From the NCBI GenBank assembly GCA_031431215.1, contig JANPCZ010000120.1, positions 5,871 to 69,870 of the forward strand: DNA of 64,000 bases, read 5' to 3'. Below are positions 51,440-60,443 of the stretch, one piece after another. The position numbers and the translations under genes were made by a program. The stretch is from Myxococcales bacterium (GTDB lineage Bacteria > Myxococcota_A > Polyangia > Fen-1088). Below the pieces are notes generated by a model. That model searched no databases. It was not told where the DNA came from and worked only from the letters and a program-made list of their open reading frames with translations. Every line of letters begins with the position of its first letter. Within the stretch, counting starts at the first letter, position 1.

Positions 51440-52000
51440 CCGCAGCCTTCGCTTCGAAGGCATCGAAGTGCTGTCCTATTGTCGGTTCTCACGTAATTCC
51501 ACCGGGACTTTCTCGGGTTGATTCGTGACGTGGAGATCGGTTCTTCTCAAATTCGAGGCCGCGGTGGACGTTCCTGATCTGGGGAGCGAGCGTAGGAGAG
51601 ACGAAGCCCTGCGGGGTCCACTTCAGCGAGCGCCCTGTGTGGTCTCGCCCGAGCATGCAAGGGAGGCAAGTGCATGCCCTGCGAGGCCGATGGCGAGTGC
51701 GCATCGGGGGAATCGTGCGTCCTCGACCATTGCTTGGAATCCCAGCTGGTCGGCTGCCACCGAGCTGGGGACTGTGCCCGCGGAAGTGTCTGTGTCTTGA
51801 GCGGGTATTCCGGCGGCCCGCGCGGAAACGACGGGATGCAATCCGCGTGCGTCAGCCCGCTCAGTGGTGCCGACCGGCAGCCGACCCCGCCCGCCACCCC
51901 ACCGGAGCCGGACACAGGGACCACTCTACCCCACGACGATCTGCTGAAGGCGGCGCGCAAGGCTGCCCAAGAGTAGCAAGCCCACCCTAGCTGACCGTAG

Positions 52001-52093
52001 CCGGCGTTCCTCCTTCGCCCCGCGAGTTGGTCAGCATCTTCATGCACGCGCTCAGCGGTGGTGATGCTACGGTTCGCGCCGTGGCGCAAGCGC
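52001..52093. repeat. 93-bp direct repeat, copy B
   Basis: See copy A. The minus strand encodes the stub MKMLTNSRGEGGTPATVS-stop. The plus strand supplies the first about 21 codons of the methyltransferase-like gene. Confidence 0.85.
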
Positions 52094-52863
52094 CGATCAA
52101 TTTACGGCAGATCGACGCGCGCGAGGTCGAGGAGTGGCTCGACCGCCTGTTCGTTGCGGCGGAGGGCGCGTCGCTGCGGCGCGAGGATCGACGCAAGGCG
52201 ATCGAGGTGGCTGCCATGCTGGCCGAGGTGGCGCGCGCGGTCGCGCGGGTCGCACGTGCGCGAGACCTCGTGGTGGTCGACGCGGCGGCGGGCAAAACCT
52301 ACGTCGGGTTGCTGGCGGCGAAGCTGGTGATCGAGCCATTGGGCCGGCCGGCTCGTGTGGTCGCCATCGAGCGGGAACCGGCGCGGGCGGCGGCCGGTCG
52401 GGCGGCGATCGCGCGGCTCGCCACGCCCATCCCGATCGACTGCATCGTCGGCGACGTGGCGGACGCGGCGATGTGGCCGGCCGAGCCGGCGATCGTGTGC
52501 GCGCTGCATGCGTGCGGTCCGGCCGCGGACGCCATCATCGATCGTGCGGTGGCGAGCGGAGCACGGCAGCTCTTGCTGGTACCGTGCTGCACCAGCGACG
52601 TGGTACCCGGTGCGGCGGTCGCGGCGCGGGTGGGAGCGGAGCTGGGCATTCCGCGCCACGCGCCGGTGCGGCGGAGGTTCGTGCAAGCCCTGGTCGACGC
52701 CCTGCGCACGTTGCGGCTCGAGGCCGCGGGCTTTCAGACCGAGGTGGTCGAGCTGTGCGCTCCGACGGTGACACCGCACAACCTGCTGTGGCGCGCGCGC
52801 CGGGTTGGCGAGCCTGCGCGGATGGCCGAAGCGCGCGCGGCACTGTCACGGCTTGGCGGCTAA
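52027..52863 (+). CDS. SAM-dependent methyltransferase-like protein (Rossmann, Methyltransf_32-like)
   Basis: Motif I-like LVVVDAAAGKTYVG and IDCIVGD. TTG 52027 or ATG 52042 start, both inside repeat copy B. Confidence 0.5.
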   Translation: MVSIFMHALSGGDATVRAVAQAPINLRQIDAREVEEWLDRLFVAAEGASLRREDRRKAIEVAAMLAEVARAVARVARARDLVVVDAAAGKTYVGLLAAKLVIEPLGRPARVVAIEREPARAAAGRAAIARLATPIPIDCIVGDVADAAMWPAEPAIVCALHACGPAADAIIDRAVASGARQLLLVPCCTSDVVPGAAVAARVGAELGIPRHAPVRRRFVQALVDALRTLRLEAAGFQTEVVELCAPTVTPHNLLWRARRVGEPARMAEARAALSRLGG

Positions 52864-54135
52864 CCCACCGGCCGCGGATCCACGCGCGCGGCGCTGGCCC
52901 AGGCTCCAGATGGCGAGCGCGGTGGCCGCCGCCGCCGCGAGCGCGGCTCCAGTGCCAAGGGCCAGACGCGCCCCGCCCAGTTTCCACAGCCAACCGCACA
53001 ACAGACCAGCGGGCAGGGCGGACACACCGACAACGAAGTTGAAGGCGCCATACGCTCGGCCCCGGGCCAGGTCGGGCGCGAGGTCCCGCACCAGCGCCTT
53101 CTGGGCCGGCTCGGTCAGCCCGTGGTAGCTGCCGTACAGCACGAACAGCCACCACGCGGCGGCAGGCGTGGTGGCAAGGCCGAGCCCCGCGTAGACCGCG
53201 GCGTACACCAGCCAGCCGGCCAGGATGAGCCGTGTGCGCGGAAATCTGTCGGCAAGCGGGCCGCCGAAGTAGGCCGTGAAGAGTTTCGACAGGTGCAGCA
53301 CCGTCCACATCGTCGGGATGTAGCGATCGGCGACACCCAGCTCATGGGCGCGCACCAGCAGAAATGCGTCCGACGAGTTACCGAGCGAGAACAGCAGCAT
53401 GATCGCCAGATACGAATAAAACGTGCGCGGCAGGCGTGGAGCGGCAGCGCCGGCGGGACTTGCGACCGCGGCAGGCCGCGGGCGCGGCGGTTCTTTGACC
53501 GTCAGCAAGGCAAGGATCGCCAGCACGCCCGGGATGGTCGCCAGCCAAAAAACGTTGCGCAGCGATAGGCCAAGCGCGAGCAGCGCCGTGCCGATGAGCG
53601 GCCCCACCACGGCGCCGACGTGATCCATCGCCTTGTGGAAGCCGAACGCGCGGCCAGCCTGCCCGGGCCCGGCGGCGTCGGCAATCAGCGCGTCGCGCGG
53701 GGACGCGCGCAGGCCCTTGCCGACCCGATCGGTGAGCCGCACCACCAGTACGTGCCAGGGCGCCGTGGCCAGCGCCATCAGCGGTCGCACGGCACCCGCC
53801 ACGCCGTAGCCGAACAACACCAGCGGCTTGCGCCGCGACAGGCGATCCGACCAGTGACCCGACAGCAACTTCAGCAGGCTCGCGACGGTGTCGGCCGCGC
53901 CTTCAAGCAGACCGAGAAAAGCCGGCCCCGCGTGTAGCGTCTGGGTCAGGAACAGCGGCAGGAGCGAGAAGATCATCTCCGACCCCATGTCCGTGCACAG
54001 GCTGGTCAGCCCGAGCGCGACGATGGTCGGCGATAGGCGCGGGCGCTTCGGATCAGGGTTGCTTGGCAAAGGCCTTGTCGAAGGCGGTGGTGGTCGCCGG
54101 CCACGTACTTTCGGGGCTGCCGTCGTGCGGGTCAA
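52846..54135 (-). CDS. MFS transporter
   Basis: 12 TM helices with MFS loop motifs (GHWSDRLSRRKPL). Confidence 0.85.
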   Translation of the reverse strand: MTRTTAAPKVRGRRPPPPSTRPLPSNPDPKRPRLSPTIVALGLTSLCTDMGSEMIFSLLPLFLTQTLHAGPAFLGLLEGAADTVASLLKLLSGHWSDRLSRRKPLVLFGYGVAGAVRPLMALATAPWHVLVVRLTDRVGKGLRASPRDALIADAAGPGQAGRAFGFHKAMDHVGAVVGPLIGTALLALGLSLRNVFWLATIPGVLAILALLTVKEPPRPRPAAVASPAGAAAPRLPRTFYSYLAIMLLFSLGNSSDAFLLVRAHELGVADRYIPTMWTVLHLSKLFTAYFGGPLADRFPRTRLILAGWLVYAAVYAGLGLATTPAAAWWLFVLYGSYHGLTEPAQKALVRDLAPDLARGRAYGAFNFVVGVSALPAGLLCGWLWKLGGARLALGTGAALAAAAATALAIWSLGQRRARGSAAGGLAAKP

Positions 54136-54296
54136 CCGTGAACCATGCGACGCCGCGGGCGCGTAGGCCTTGTGCGGCAGGGCCGACTACCTCGGCAGGG
54201 CTATTGCTCCACTGGTTCTGCGGCGCTAACTTTTCCCGTTCCGGTCGGGCCCGCCGCACCCACGGGCCGCCGATTGGGCGTCACAAAGGAGTTCTC

Positions 54297-55040
54297 ATGC
54301 GATGTCGATCGTCTTTTTTATGTGTGGCTGGACTGGTCGGGCAGGGCGCTCTGTTCACGTTGGTGACCGCTTGCTCGTCTAGCGACATGGGATTATCGGG
54401 GAAAGGGCCGGAACAGATGATGGGCGGCGCCGGTAGCGGAGGGTCAACCGGAAGCGGGGGCAACCCAGGCAGCGCCGGTAGCAGCGGCGGCAGCACCGGC
54501 AGCAGCACCGGCAGCGGCAATGGCGGCAGCACCGGCAGCGGCGGCAGCACCGGCAGCGGCAATGGCGGGAGCAGCGGCAGCGGCTCGGGCGGATCCAGCA
54601 GCGGCGGCGGCTCCAGCGGTGGTGGCATGGGCGGCGCTCCCAGGCCGGTCGACGGTGGCGCGCTTCCGGATGCGGCCGGCGACGCCGTCGCAAGCGTGAC
54701 GTTCACGCAACTGTGGGAGCAGATCTTCAGTGTCACCCCGGCGGCCAAGCCGATGCAGACCTGCGCGGGCGTCGACTGCCACTTTCCGGGCAAAAAGGAC
54801 GGCATCGACCTGTCCACCAAGGCGCTCGCCTACGCGACTTTGACCAAACAGCCCGGCGGCAAGATACCCGCCGTGCTGCCAGGCAAGCCTGACCTGTCGA
54901 AGCTGATCGTGCGGTTCCTGCAAACCGACCTAAAATTCCGAATGCCACTCGCCCCGATGGGCACGACCAAGCCGCCGTTGCCCGCCGATCTCATCGCCAA
55001 GGCGCGCGCCTGGATCCTGGCCGGCGCCAAGGACGACTGA
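54297..55040 (+). CDS. Lipoprotein with Gly/Ser-rich linker and PSCyt1-like C-terminal domain
   Basis: ATG 54297 with an AAGGAG Shine-Dalgarno motif. Lipobox LVTAC. About 100 aa of (GSTGSGNG)n linker. C-terminal FTQLWEQIF...CAGVDCH...LSKLIVRFL resembles planctomycete-type PSCyt1 domains, but the motif is CxxxxCH rather than CxxCH. Confidence 0.5.
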   Translation: MRCRSSFLCVAGLVGQGALFTLVTACSSSDMGLSGKGPEQMMGGAGSGGSTGSGGNPGSAGSSGGSTGSSTGSGNGGSTGSGGSTGSGNGGSSGSGSGGSSSGGGSSGGGMGGAPRPVDGGALPDAAGDAVASVTFTQLWEQIFSVTPAAKPMQTCAGVDCHFPGKKDGIDLSTKALAYATLTKQPGGKIPAVLPGKPDLSKLIVRFLQTDLKFRMPLAPMGTTKPPLPADLIAKARAWILAGAKDD

Positions 55041-55049
55041 AGCCCAGCT

Positions 55050-55583
55050 TCAGATACTTCGCTTCGATCGAGCGAGCAGCGCGCTCGCGAGCGGCACAAA
55101 GCGCGCTTCCCGGATCGTGCCTGCGGCGGCCAGCGCCGTGTGCACGCCGGGCGCCGCGAGCAAGCGGCGGCCCGATTCGCTGTCGACGGGTATCGTCTGT
55201 TTGGTGGTGTCGACGCCCGCCGGCCCGCGCGCGATGAACAAGAGCTCGAGGGCTGGCGCCGGCGTGCCCGCAGGCAGCGCCCAGGCGACGGCGACCTGAT
55301 CGTCTCCGACCATCACCGCCACGCCCGGTGCTACCGGGATCTCGACCTCGGGAGGCGGCCCGTGCGGTGCGGGCGCCGGCTGCCAGCGGGCTTCGAGCAG
55401 CGCCAGGCGGGCGTGGATGCGAGCCCGCTGTTCGGGCGTGGCCGCCAGCAGCGCCAGGTGTTTATAGATGGCCACCGCCTCGCCGAGCCGCCCCTGGCGC
55501 GCGCACAGCTCCGCCATGGTCTCGGTCTCGTACAGCTCGCCGCCGCCGTTGTGATCGTCCGCGCCTGCGTGGCTCATGCGCAC
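55050..55583 (-). CDS. Hypothetical protein
   Basis: ORF downstream of ribF on the same strand. One TPR-like helix pair. No clear start. Confidence 0.3.
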   Translation of the reverse strand: MRMSHAGADDHNGGGELYETETMAELCARQGRLGEAVAIYKHLALLAATPEQRARIHARLALLEARWQPAPAPHGPPPEVEIPVAPGVAVMVGDDQVAVAWALPAGTPAPALELLFIARGPAGVDTTKQTIPVDSESGRRLLAAPGVHTALAAAGTIREARFVPLASALLARSKRSI

Positions 55584-56530
55584 AGCTTTCGTGTGTGAGC
55601 GACGTCGTGCTCGATCTGCGCGACTAGGTCGCTCACCGCCGCGAAACGCTGCTCGTCGCGCAGGCGGGCGACGAACTCCAGGCGCAGCCGTTGGTCGTAG
55701 AGATCGCCGTCGAAGTCCAACAGGTACGCCTCGACGGTGACTGTGGAGCCCGTTGCGAACGTGGGATTGGTGCCGATGCTGACCGCGGCCGGTCGCCCGA
55801 ATGACGGCTGGTCAAGCCGTCGCGCATGCGCGGCGTAGATGCCGGTGCGAGGAACCAGCTCGGCTTCGGGGCGCAGATTGGCGGTGGGAAACCCGAGCGG
55901 CCGGCCGCGTCCGGCGCCACGCACCACGGGGCCCGTCACCTCGAACGGCCGTCCCAGCAGCAACGTAGCGCCCTCGACCCGGCCCTCGAGCACGAACTCA
56001 CGCACCTTGGTCGACGAGCACACCAGACCCTCGCCGGGCGCGCACACGGCCGGCACCACGGTGACGCCGACGCCGAGCTGCTCGCCCAGCTTGGCGAGCA
56101 CGGCAGGGTTGCCGGCACGGCCGCGCCCGAACGTGAAATCGTGGCCGACCACGACGTCGCGGGCGTTCAGGTCACGCGCCAGCACGTCGGCGACGAAGGT
56201 CTCGGGTGGCAGGGCCGCCAGGGTCGCATCGAACGGCTCGATCACCACGAACTCTGCGCCGGCTGCGCCCAGAAGTTCGATCCGGCGATCGAGCGTCAGG
56301 ATCATGGGCGGCGCCAGCTTTGGCGCGAAGAAGCGCGCCGGGTGCGGGTCGAACGTCAGCACACCAGCCCGCGCGCCAACTGACTGCGCCAAACGCCGCA
56401 CTTCGGCCAGCAGGGCCTGATGCCCGCGATGAACGCCGTCGAAGTTCCCTATTGCGAGCACCGACGGCGGTGCGCCATCGGCACCACCCAGGGCTTCCGC
56501 GTAGCGCTGGCGTCCACGGATGACCACCAT
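55574..56530 (-). CDS. ribF: Bifunctional riboflavin kinase / FMN adenylyltransferase
   Basis: VLAIGNFDGVHRGHQALL FAD-synthetase motif and C-terminal riboflavin kinase region. Confidence 0.9.
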   Translation of the reverse strand: MVVIRGRQRYAEALGGADGAPPSVLAIGNFDGVHRGHQALLAEVRRLAQSVGARAGVLTFDPHPARFFAPKLAPPMILTLDRRIELLGAAGAEFVVIEPFDATLAALPPETFVADVLARDLNARDVVVGHDFTFGRGRAGNPAVLAKLGEQLGVGVTVVPAVCAPGEGLVCSSTKVREFVLEGRVEGATLLLGRPFEVTGPVVRGAGRGRPLGFPTANLRPEAELVPRTGIYAAHARRLDQPSFGRPAAVSIGTNPTFATGSTVTVEAYLLDFDGDLYDQRLRLEFVARLRDEQRFAAVSDLVAQIEHDVAHTRKLCA

Positions 56531-56580
56531 ATGTCACTCGGATAGCGGCCGGCCGAGCAGGCGTCAAGGCAGCAGAGACT

Positions 56581-58686
56581 TCACCTGGGGGCGGCGGTCT
56601 GGTGCAGCTCGTGGGTGTGAACCGGCTCGGGCTCGTCGGCGGCTTGTGGATGCAGACCGCGCCAGCGACGGCGCAGGTCCAGATCGTTTTCACTGGCGAC
56701 CCGATAGCGCAGAAATTGGGCCTGGGCCAGCGCAGCCTGACTGATGCGCCCGAGATCAAAGAGCGCGAGGCTTGCTTGCAGATGCGCGTCCTCGGATTCG
56801 GGGTCGACCCGCAGGGCGGCCTCGGCGGCAGCGAGCGCACCCGGAGCATCGCGATCGAGACCGCGCGTGCGTGCCAGCAGGGTCAGCGCCTGCCGATCGT
56901 CGGGCAGCCGGCGCGCCAGGCGCTCGGCGAAGCCGCGTGCATCGGCGAAACGGTAGGCGCGCAAGAGCGCTTGGGCGGCCACATACAGCGCGGCCGGGTG
57001 CTCGGGCACCACGCGGATGGCCTGTTCGGCGAAGCTTTTCACATCGTCGGTTTGCCCCAGCCGCAGCGCCAGCCGCGCCAGGCCAAGCAGCGGCTCGGGG
57101 CGATCGGGCGCCAGCGCACGCGCGGCTTGCAGCGGGGCACGCGCGGCCTCGGCTCTATCGGCGGGTGCGTCGGCCAGGCCCAGCCCCAGATCGACCAGCC
57201 GCCGCCAGTCGCCGATGACAGCACCTTGATCGCTGGCACGCGCGGTGGCGGTGGCGATCTCGATGATGGGGATGTCCTGGCAGCGACGACGGGTGACCAG
57301 ATCGGGCACCACCGCGCACGCCGCGATCGCGTAGTCGGGCGAGAACTTCCTGAACAACAGACGCGCCTCGATCCGCGCCGTGCCGGGCGGCAGCGCGAAG
57401 CGCACCACCTGCGGATCCGACGGTGACAGCGCGGTGTCGAAGACCACGCCGCGCAGGTGCTGAACGTCGCGACGGCGCAGCGGCTCGCCACCCTGGTCGA
57501 CCGGTTGCGCGCGCAGCACGTGCGCGTCGGGCGGCAACTGGCCGGCGGCATCGAGGCGCCCCGACTGGCCCAGAATGCGCCCACCAGCATCGAAGGCGAC
57601 AAGGTCGATCCAGACCTGGTTCGAGTCCATGGTGCCGCCGGGAAACCGATGGCCAACGCCGCGCGCACGCAGCACGGCGTCGACGGTTTTCGCGTCGGTC
57701 CACACCAGATCGATCGAGGCGCTGCCGGTCAGAAAGCGCCGCACGCGTGCCAGCACATCGCTGTCACCGCGCAGGTGTGGCAAGGCGGCGTTGGCGCCAA
57801 TGAATCGATGCGAGCGCACCATGCCGTCCCTGGCGCCCTGCTCGTTGGCCGATGCCGGCTCGGCGGGCATGTGGCAGTCCTGGCAACGTTGTGTCTGACC
57901 GGGACGGAACACCGAGGCCGCGCCGCGACCCGAGATCGCGCTGCCGTGCCAGGCGTCGTAATCGTTCTGCCCGCGCTGCCAGCGATTGCCGTCAGCTCGG
58001 GTCACCTCGGCGGTCAGGCCGACCTTGTGGCAGGCGCCGCAGAAGCGCGCTTCGGCCAGCAGCGGCGCGCGCAGACCCGTACGGTGGAACGGCTGCTCGA
58101 CGGCGAACGGCGCCACGCGGGCTCGGTAGCGGCCGTTGCCTTCCAGATCGACGGCCTCGATCATGTGGCACCCGGCGCAGGTGATGCCGGCCTGCGCGGC
58201 CGGGCTGGCGGGATCGAACGCATCTCCGAGAGCTTCGCTTGCGACCAGCACCGGCTCGTGGCATCCGCCGCAGAAGCGCGAGGCTTCGGGGCCGCGGTCG
58301 CGGCGGAAGGCCTCGGTCGCCACTTGGTAATAGGGATTGTTGAACGACGAGAAGCGGTGGGCCGAGCCGCTCCACTGCGCCGCGATGTCAGCGTGGCAAC
58401 CCGCGCAGGCCTCGTCGCCAATGGGCCGGCCGGCCCAGAAGCCGCGCCGTCGTACCTCGGCCGCGACTTCGTAGGCCGAAGGGCCCACCGGGCCCAGCAG
58501 CACCGCCGCGCGATCGCGCGCTGCCAGGGCGCTGACGAAGACTGGACCTGGCACCGTGACCGCAGGCGGGCCGGGCGCAGCCTTGGTTGGCAAGGCCACG
58601 GTGGCTGGCGCCGCCAGGGTGGTCAGTGCCGCGACCGCCGCTGTCCAGATGAAGAATCGTCGCAGCACGGACGTGTGGCGCGGCAA
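56581..58686 (-). CDS. Secreted pentaheme c-type cytochrome with C-terminal TPR repeats
   Basis: Signal peptide. Five CxxCH motifs (CAGCH, CGGCH, CAGCH, CGACH, CQDCH). C-terminal about 250 aa of TPR-like helices. TTG start. Confidence 0.75.
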   Translation of the reverse strand: MPRHTSVLRRFFIWTAAVAALTTLAAPATVALPTKAAPGPPAVTVPGPVFVSALAARDRAAVLLGPVGPSAYEVAAEVRRRGFWAGRPIGDEACAGCHADIAAQWSGSAHRFSSFNNPYYQVATEAFRRDRGPEASRFCGGCHEPVLVASEALGDAFDPASPAAQAGITCAGCHMIEAVDLEGNGRYRARVAPFAVEQPFHRTGLRAPLLAEARFCGACHKVGLTAEVTRADGNRWQRGQNDYDAWHGSAISGRGAASVFRPGQTQRCQDCHMPAEPASANEQGARDGMVRSHRFIGANAALPHLRGDSDVLARVRRFLTGSASIDLVWTDAKTVDAVLRARGVGHRFPGGTMDSNQVWIDLVAFDAGGRILGQSGRLDAAGQLPPDAHVLRAQPVDQGGEPLRRRDVQHLRGVVFDTALSPSDPQVVRFALPPGTARIEARLLFRKFSPDYAIAACAVVPDLVTRRRCQDIPIIEIATATARASDQGAVIGDWRRLVDLGLGLADAPADRAEAARAPLQAARALAPDRPEPLLGLARLALRLGQTDDVKSFAEQAIRVVPEHPAALYVAAQALLRAYRFADARGFAERLARRLPDDRQALTLLARTRGLDRDAPGALAAAEAALRVDPESEDAHLQASLALFDLGRISQAALAQAQFLRYRVASENDLDLRRRWRGLHPQAADEPEPVHTHELHQTAAPR

Positions 58687-58703
58687 GAGTGACGAGCCAG
58701 TGG

Positions 58704-60218
58704 TCAGCGGGCCGGCCGGCGGTGCGGCGGTGCGCCCGGAATCCCGAGCAGCGGCACCGGCGAGCGCACGGTGCTGCGCAGATTGACCTTGCCGCGCGCG
58801 ACCAGCGCCAGCCCCTTGGCGGCCATTGGAGATGCCGGCCCCGAGCCGTCACTGGGGCCACCCCAATCGCCCCACTGCGGCTCCTTGCACTTCACCGGGC
58901 CAGACCAGTAGTGGCGGATGATGTAGCGGCCCTGGAAATTGTTGACTCCATCCGGTGTCACCTGCGCGCCGGCGTCGCCGTTCTGGCCGTTGCCGTTGGC
59001 GCGGCCACCGACCACCGGCTTGGCCTCGCGAAACACTAGATCCTCGGACAGAGTTTCCTTCGCGTAGCGGGTGTGCAGGCGCGTGAGCACCCAGCCGGCA
59101 CCGCCGCCGAAGGACGGCGATCGCATGCGTCGCACCGGAGCGCCCGGTGAGGGCCCCCGGTCGCCGCCCGGCAAGGCTGTGGGCTTGGCGCCCGACGGTG
59201 GCACCGCGATCTCGGCGCCGCTCGCGGCATCCTCGCCCAGGGTTGCAAGTTCACTTGGGGTCAGGGGCGGCGTCGGGCACGGATCGCACGACGTGGTCTG
59301 CCACGCGTATTCGGTGACCACCGCCTTGCGGTTCATGCGCTCGATCGTGGCGTCGAACAGTTCGGCGTAGAACGCGGCGAAGTTCTTTCGGACATCGTCG
59401 GCCACTTCCAGATTCGTGGGCGCGAACACGTTGGGGTAGTTCGCGGCCTCGAAGCGCGCGGTCGGGTGCAGGACATAGACGATCAGATCCTGCTTGCCCG
59501 AAGCGTTGAGCAGTCCCAGGCGCACCGGCAGTCGCAGCTCGTTGGCCTCGTACGAAAACCGCAACGGTGACAGCTGCACGACGCCGCGCGCGTCGCGTTT
59601 GACCTTGGTGATGTCGACCTTGGCGACGAAGAACTTGGATTGTTCGCGCACGTAGGGTGCCAGTGCCGCCGCGGCTCCAGCCGGGATCTGGTAGCCGCTT
59701 GCGCGCAGCCAGGTGTCGAGACCGGTGGATTCCTTGGCCGACAAGATCACGATCTCGTACTCGCCGACCACGAACTGCGCCTCGATGGTCACGCCCAGAT
59801 CGGCCGCTGACTTTTCCCTGCGGGCCGGGGCCGACATCGGCATCGCGCCGCCGGCCGACATCTTCATGATCCGGTAGCGCTCCCCGCACGGATCCCGTTC
59901 CCAGTATTCCACCAGCCGCGGCGCCGATAGCGAGTCAACTCGATCGAACACGTCAGCGGGCAGGGTCCTGACGTCTTCCTTGTGCAGCACCACCGGCACC
60001 GGCACGACCAGCGCGAAGTTTTCGGGCGGGCCCTGGTAGTCGTTCGACATGGTCATCACGGTGCGGTTGCCCTTGCGCAGAAGCACCACCTGCGACGCGT
60101 TGTTGGTCAACTTCGAGTTGTTGCCCGCCACGAAGAAGCCGCAGAACGCCGCGGCTGGTCGGGGCGACGTGGCGATGGCAGCGACACAAAGTAGGGGGAC
60201 AGCGAAGGTGGCACGCAT
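58704..60218 (-). CDS. DUF2330-family secreted protein
   Basis: Signal peptide followed by the FCGFFVAG motif characteristic of DUF2330. 17 nt upstream of the cytochrome gene. Confidence 0.65.
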   Translation of the reverse strand: MRATFAVPLLCVAAIATSPRPAAAFCGFFVAGNNSKLTNNASQVVLLRKGNRTVMTMSNDYQGPPENFALVVPVPVVLHKEDVRTLPADVFDRVDSLSAPRLVEYWERDPCGERYRIMKMSAGGAMPMSAPARREKSAADLGVTIEAQFVVGEYEIVILSAKESTGLDTWLRASGYQIPAGAAAALAPYVREQSKFFVAKVDITKVKRDARGVVQLSPLRFSYEANELRLPVRLGLLNASGKQDLIVYVLHPTARFEAANYPNVFAPTNLEVADDVRKNFAAFYAELFDATIERMNRKAVVTEYAWQTTSCDPCPTPPLTPSELATLGEDAASGAEIAVPPSGAKPTALPGGDRGPSPGAPVRRMRSPSFGGGAGWVLTRLHTRYAKETLSEDLVFREAKPVVGGRANGNGQNGDAGAQVTPDGVNNFQGRYIIRHYWSGPVKCKEPQWGDWGGPSDGSGPASPMAAKGLALVARGKVNLRSTVRSPVPLLGIPGAPPHRRPAR

Positions 60219-60443
60219 CTGGTTCTCCTTGGCCCAGGGCCGGGCACGGCTACCGCGGTGGGCGGCGGCGGCGGCGATCGTATCACCGGATCCGGATGGT
60301 CGCGCACTGCGTTTCCTGGCGAGTGACGGCCGCGCACCCGCATTGCCGCACGCGGCGCTATCATGTGAAGGGTTGGCGGTGGCCGGGCACCAAGGAGACG
60401 GAAACCCAAGCGCCCCTTAACATCGCAAGTGACGGAGGTCGAT

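Noticed and set aside
51525-51990. Small ORFs 51525..51800, 51637..51990 and the Cys-rich 51674..51976 inside the inserted segment
   Set aside because: Three mutually overlapping frames, no signal peptide, Shine-Dalgarno motif or clear start. The Cys-rich one (CKGGKCMPCEADGECASGESCVLDHC) might be a fragment of a Cys-repeat gene, but it is too short to call.
50579-52093. Classifying the repeat-flanked insertion as an IS element, integron cassette or prophage remnant
   Set aside because: No transposase, integrase, attC-like structure or terminal inverted repeats. 93-bp direct repeats are too long for IS target duplications.
54640-54800. Interpreting the 54297 lipoprotein as a genuine c-type cytochrome
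   Set aside because: The motif is CAGVDCH (CxxxxCH), not CxxCH. It is kept only as a PSCyt1-like domain with uncertain heme binding.
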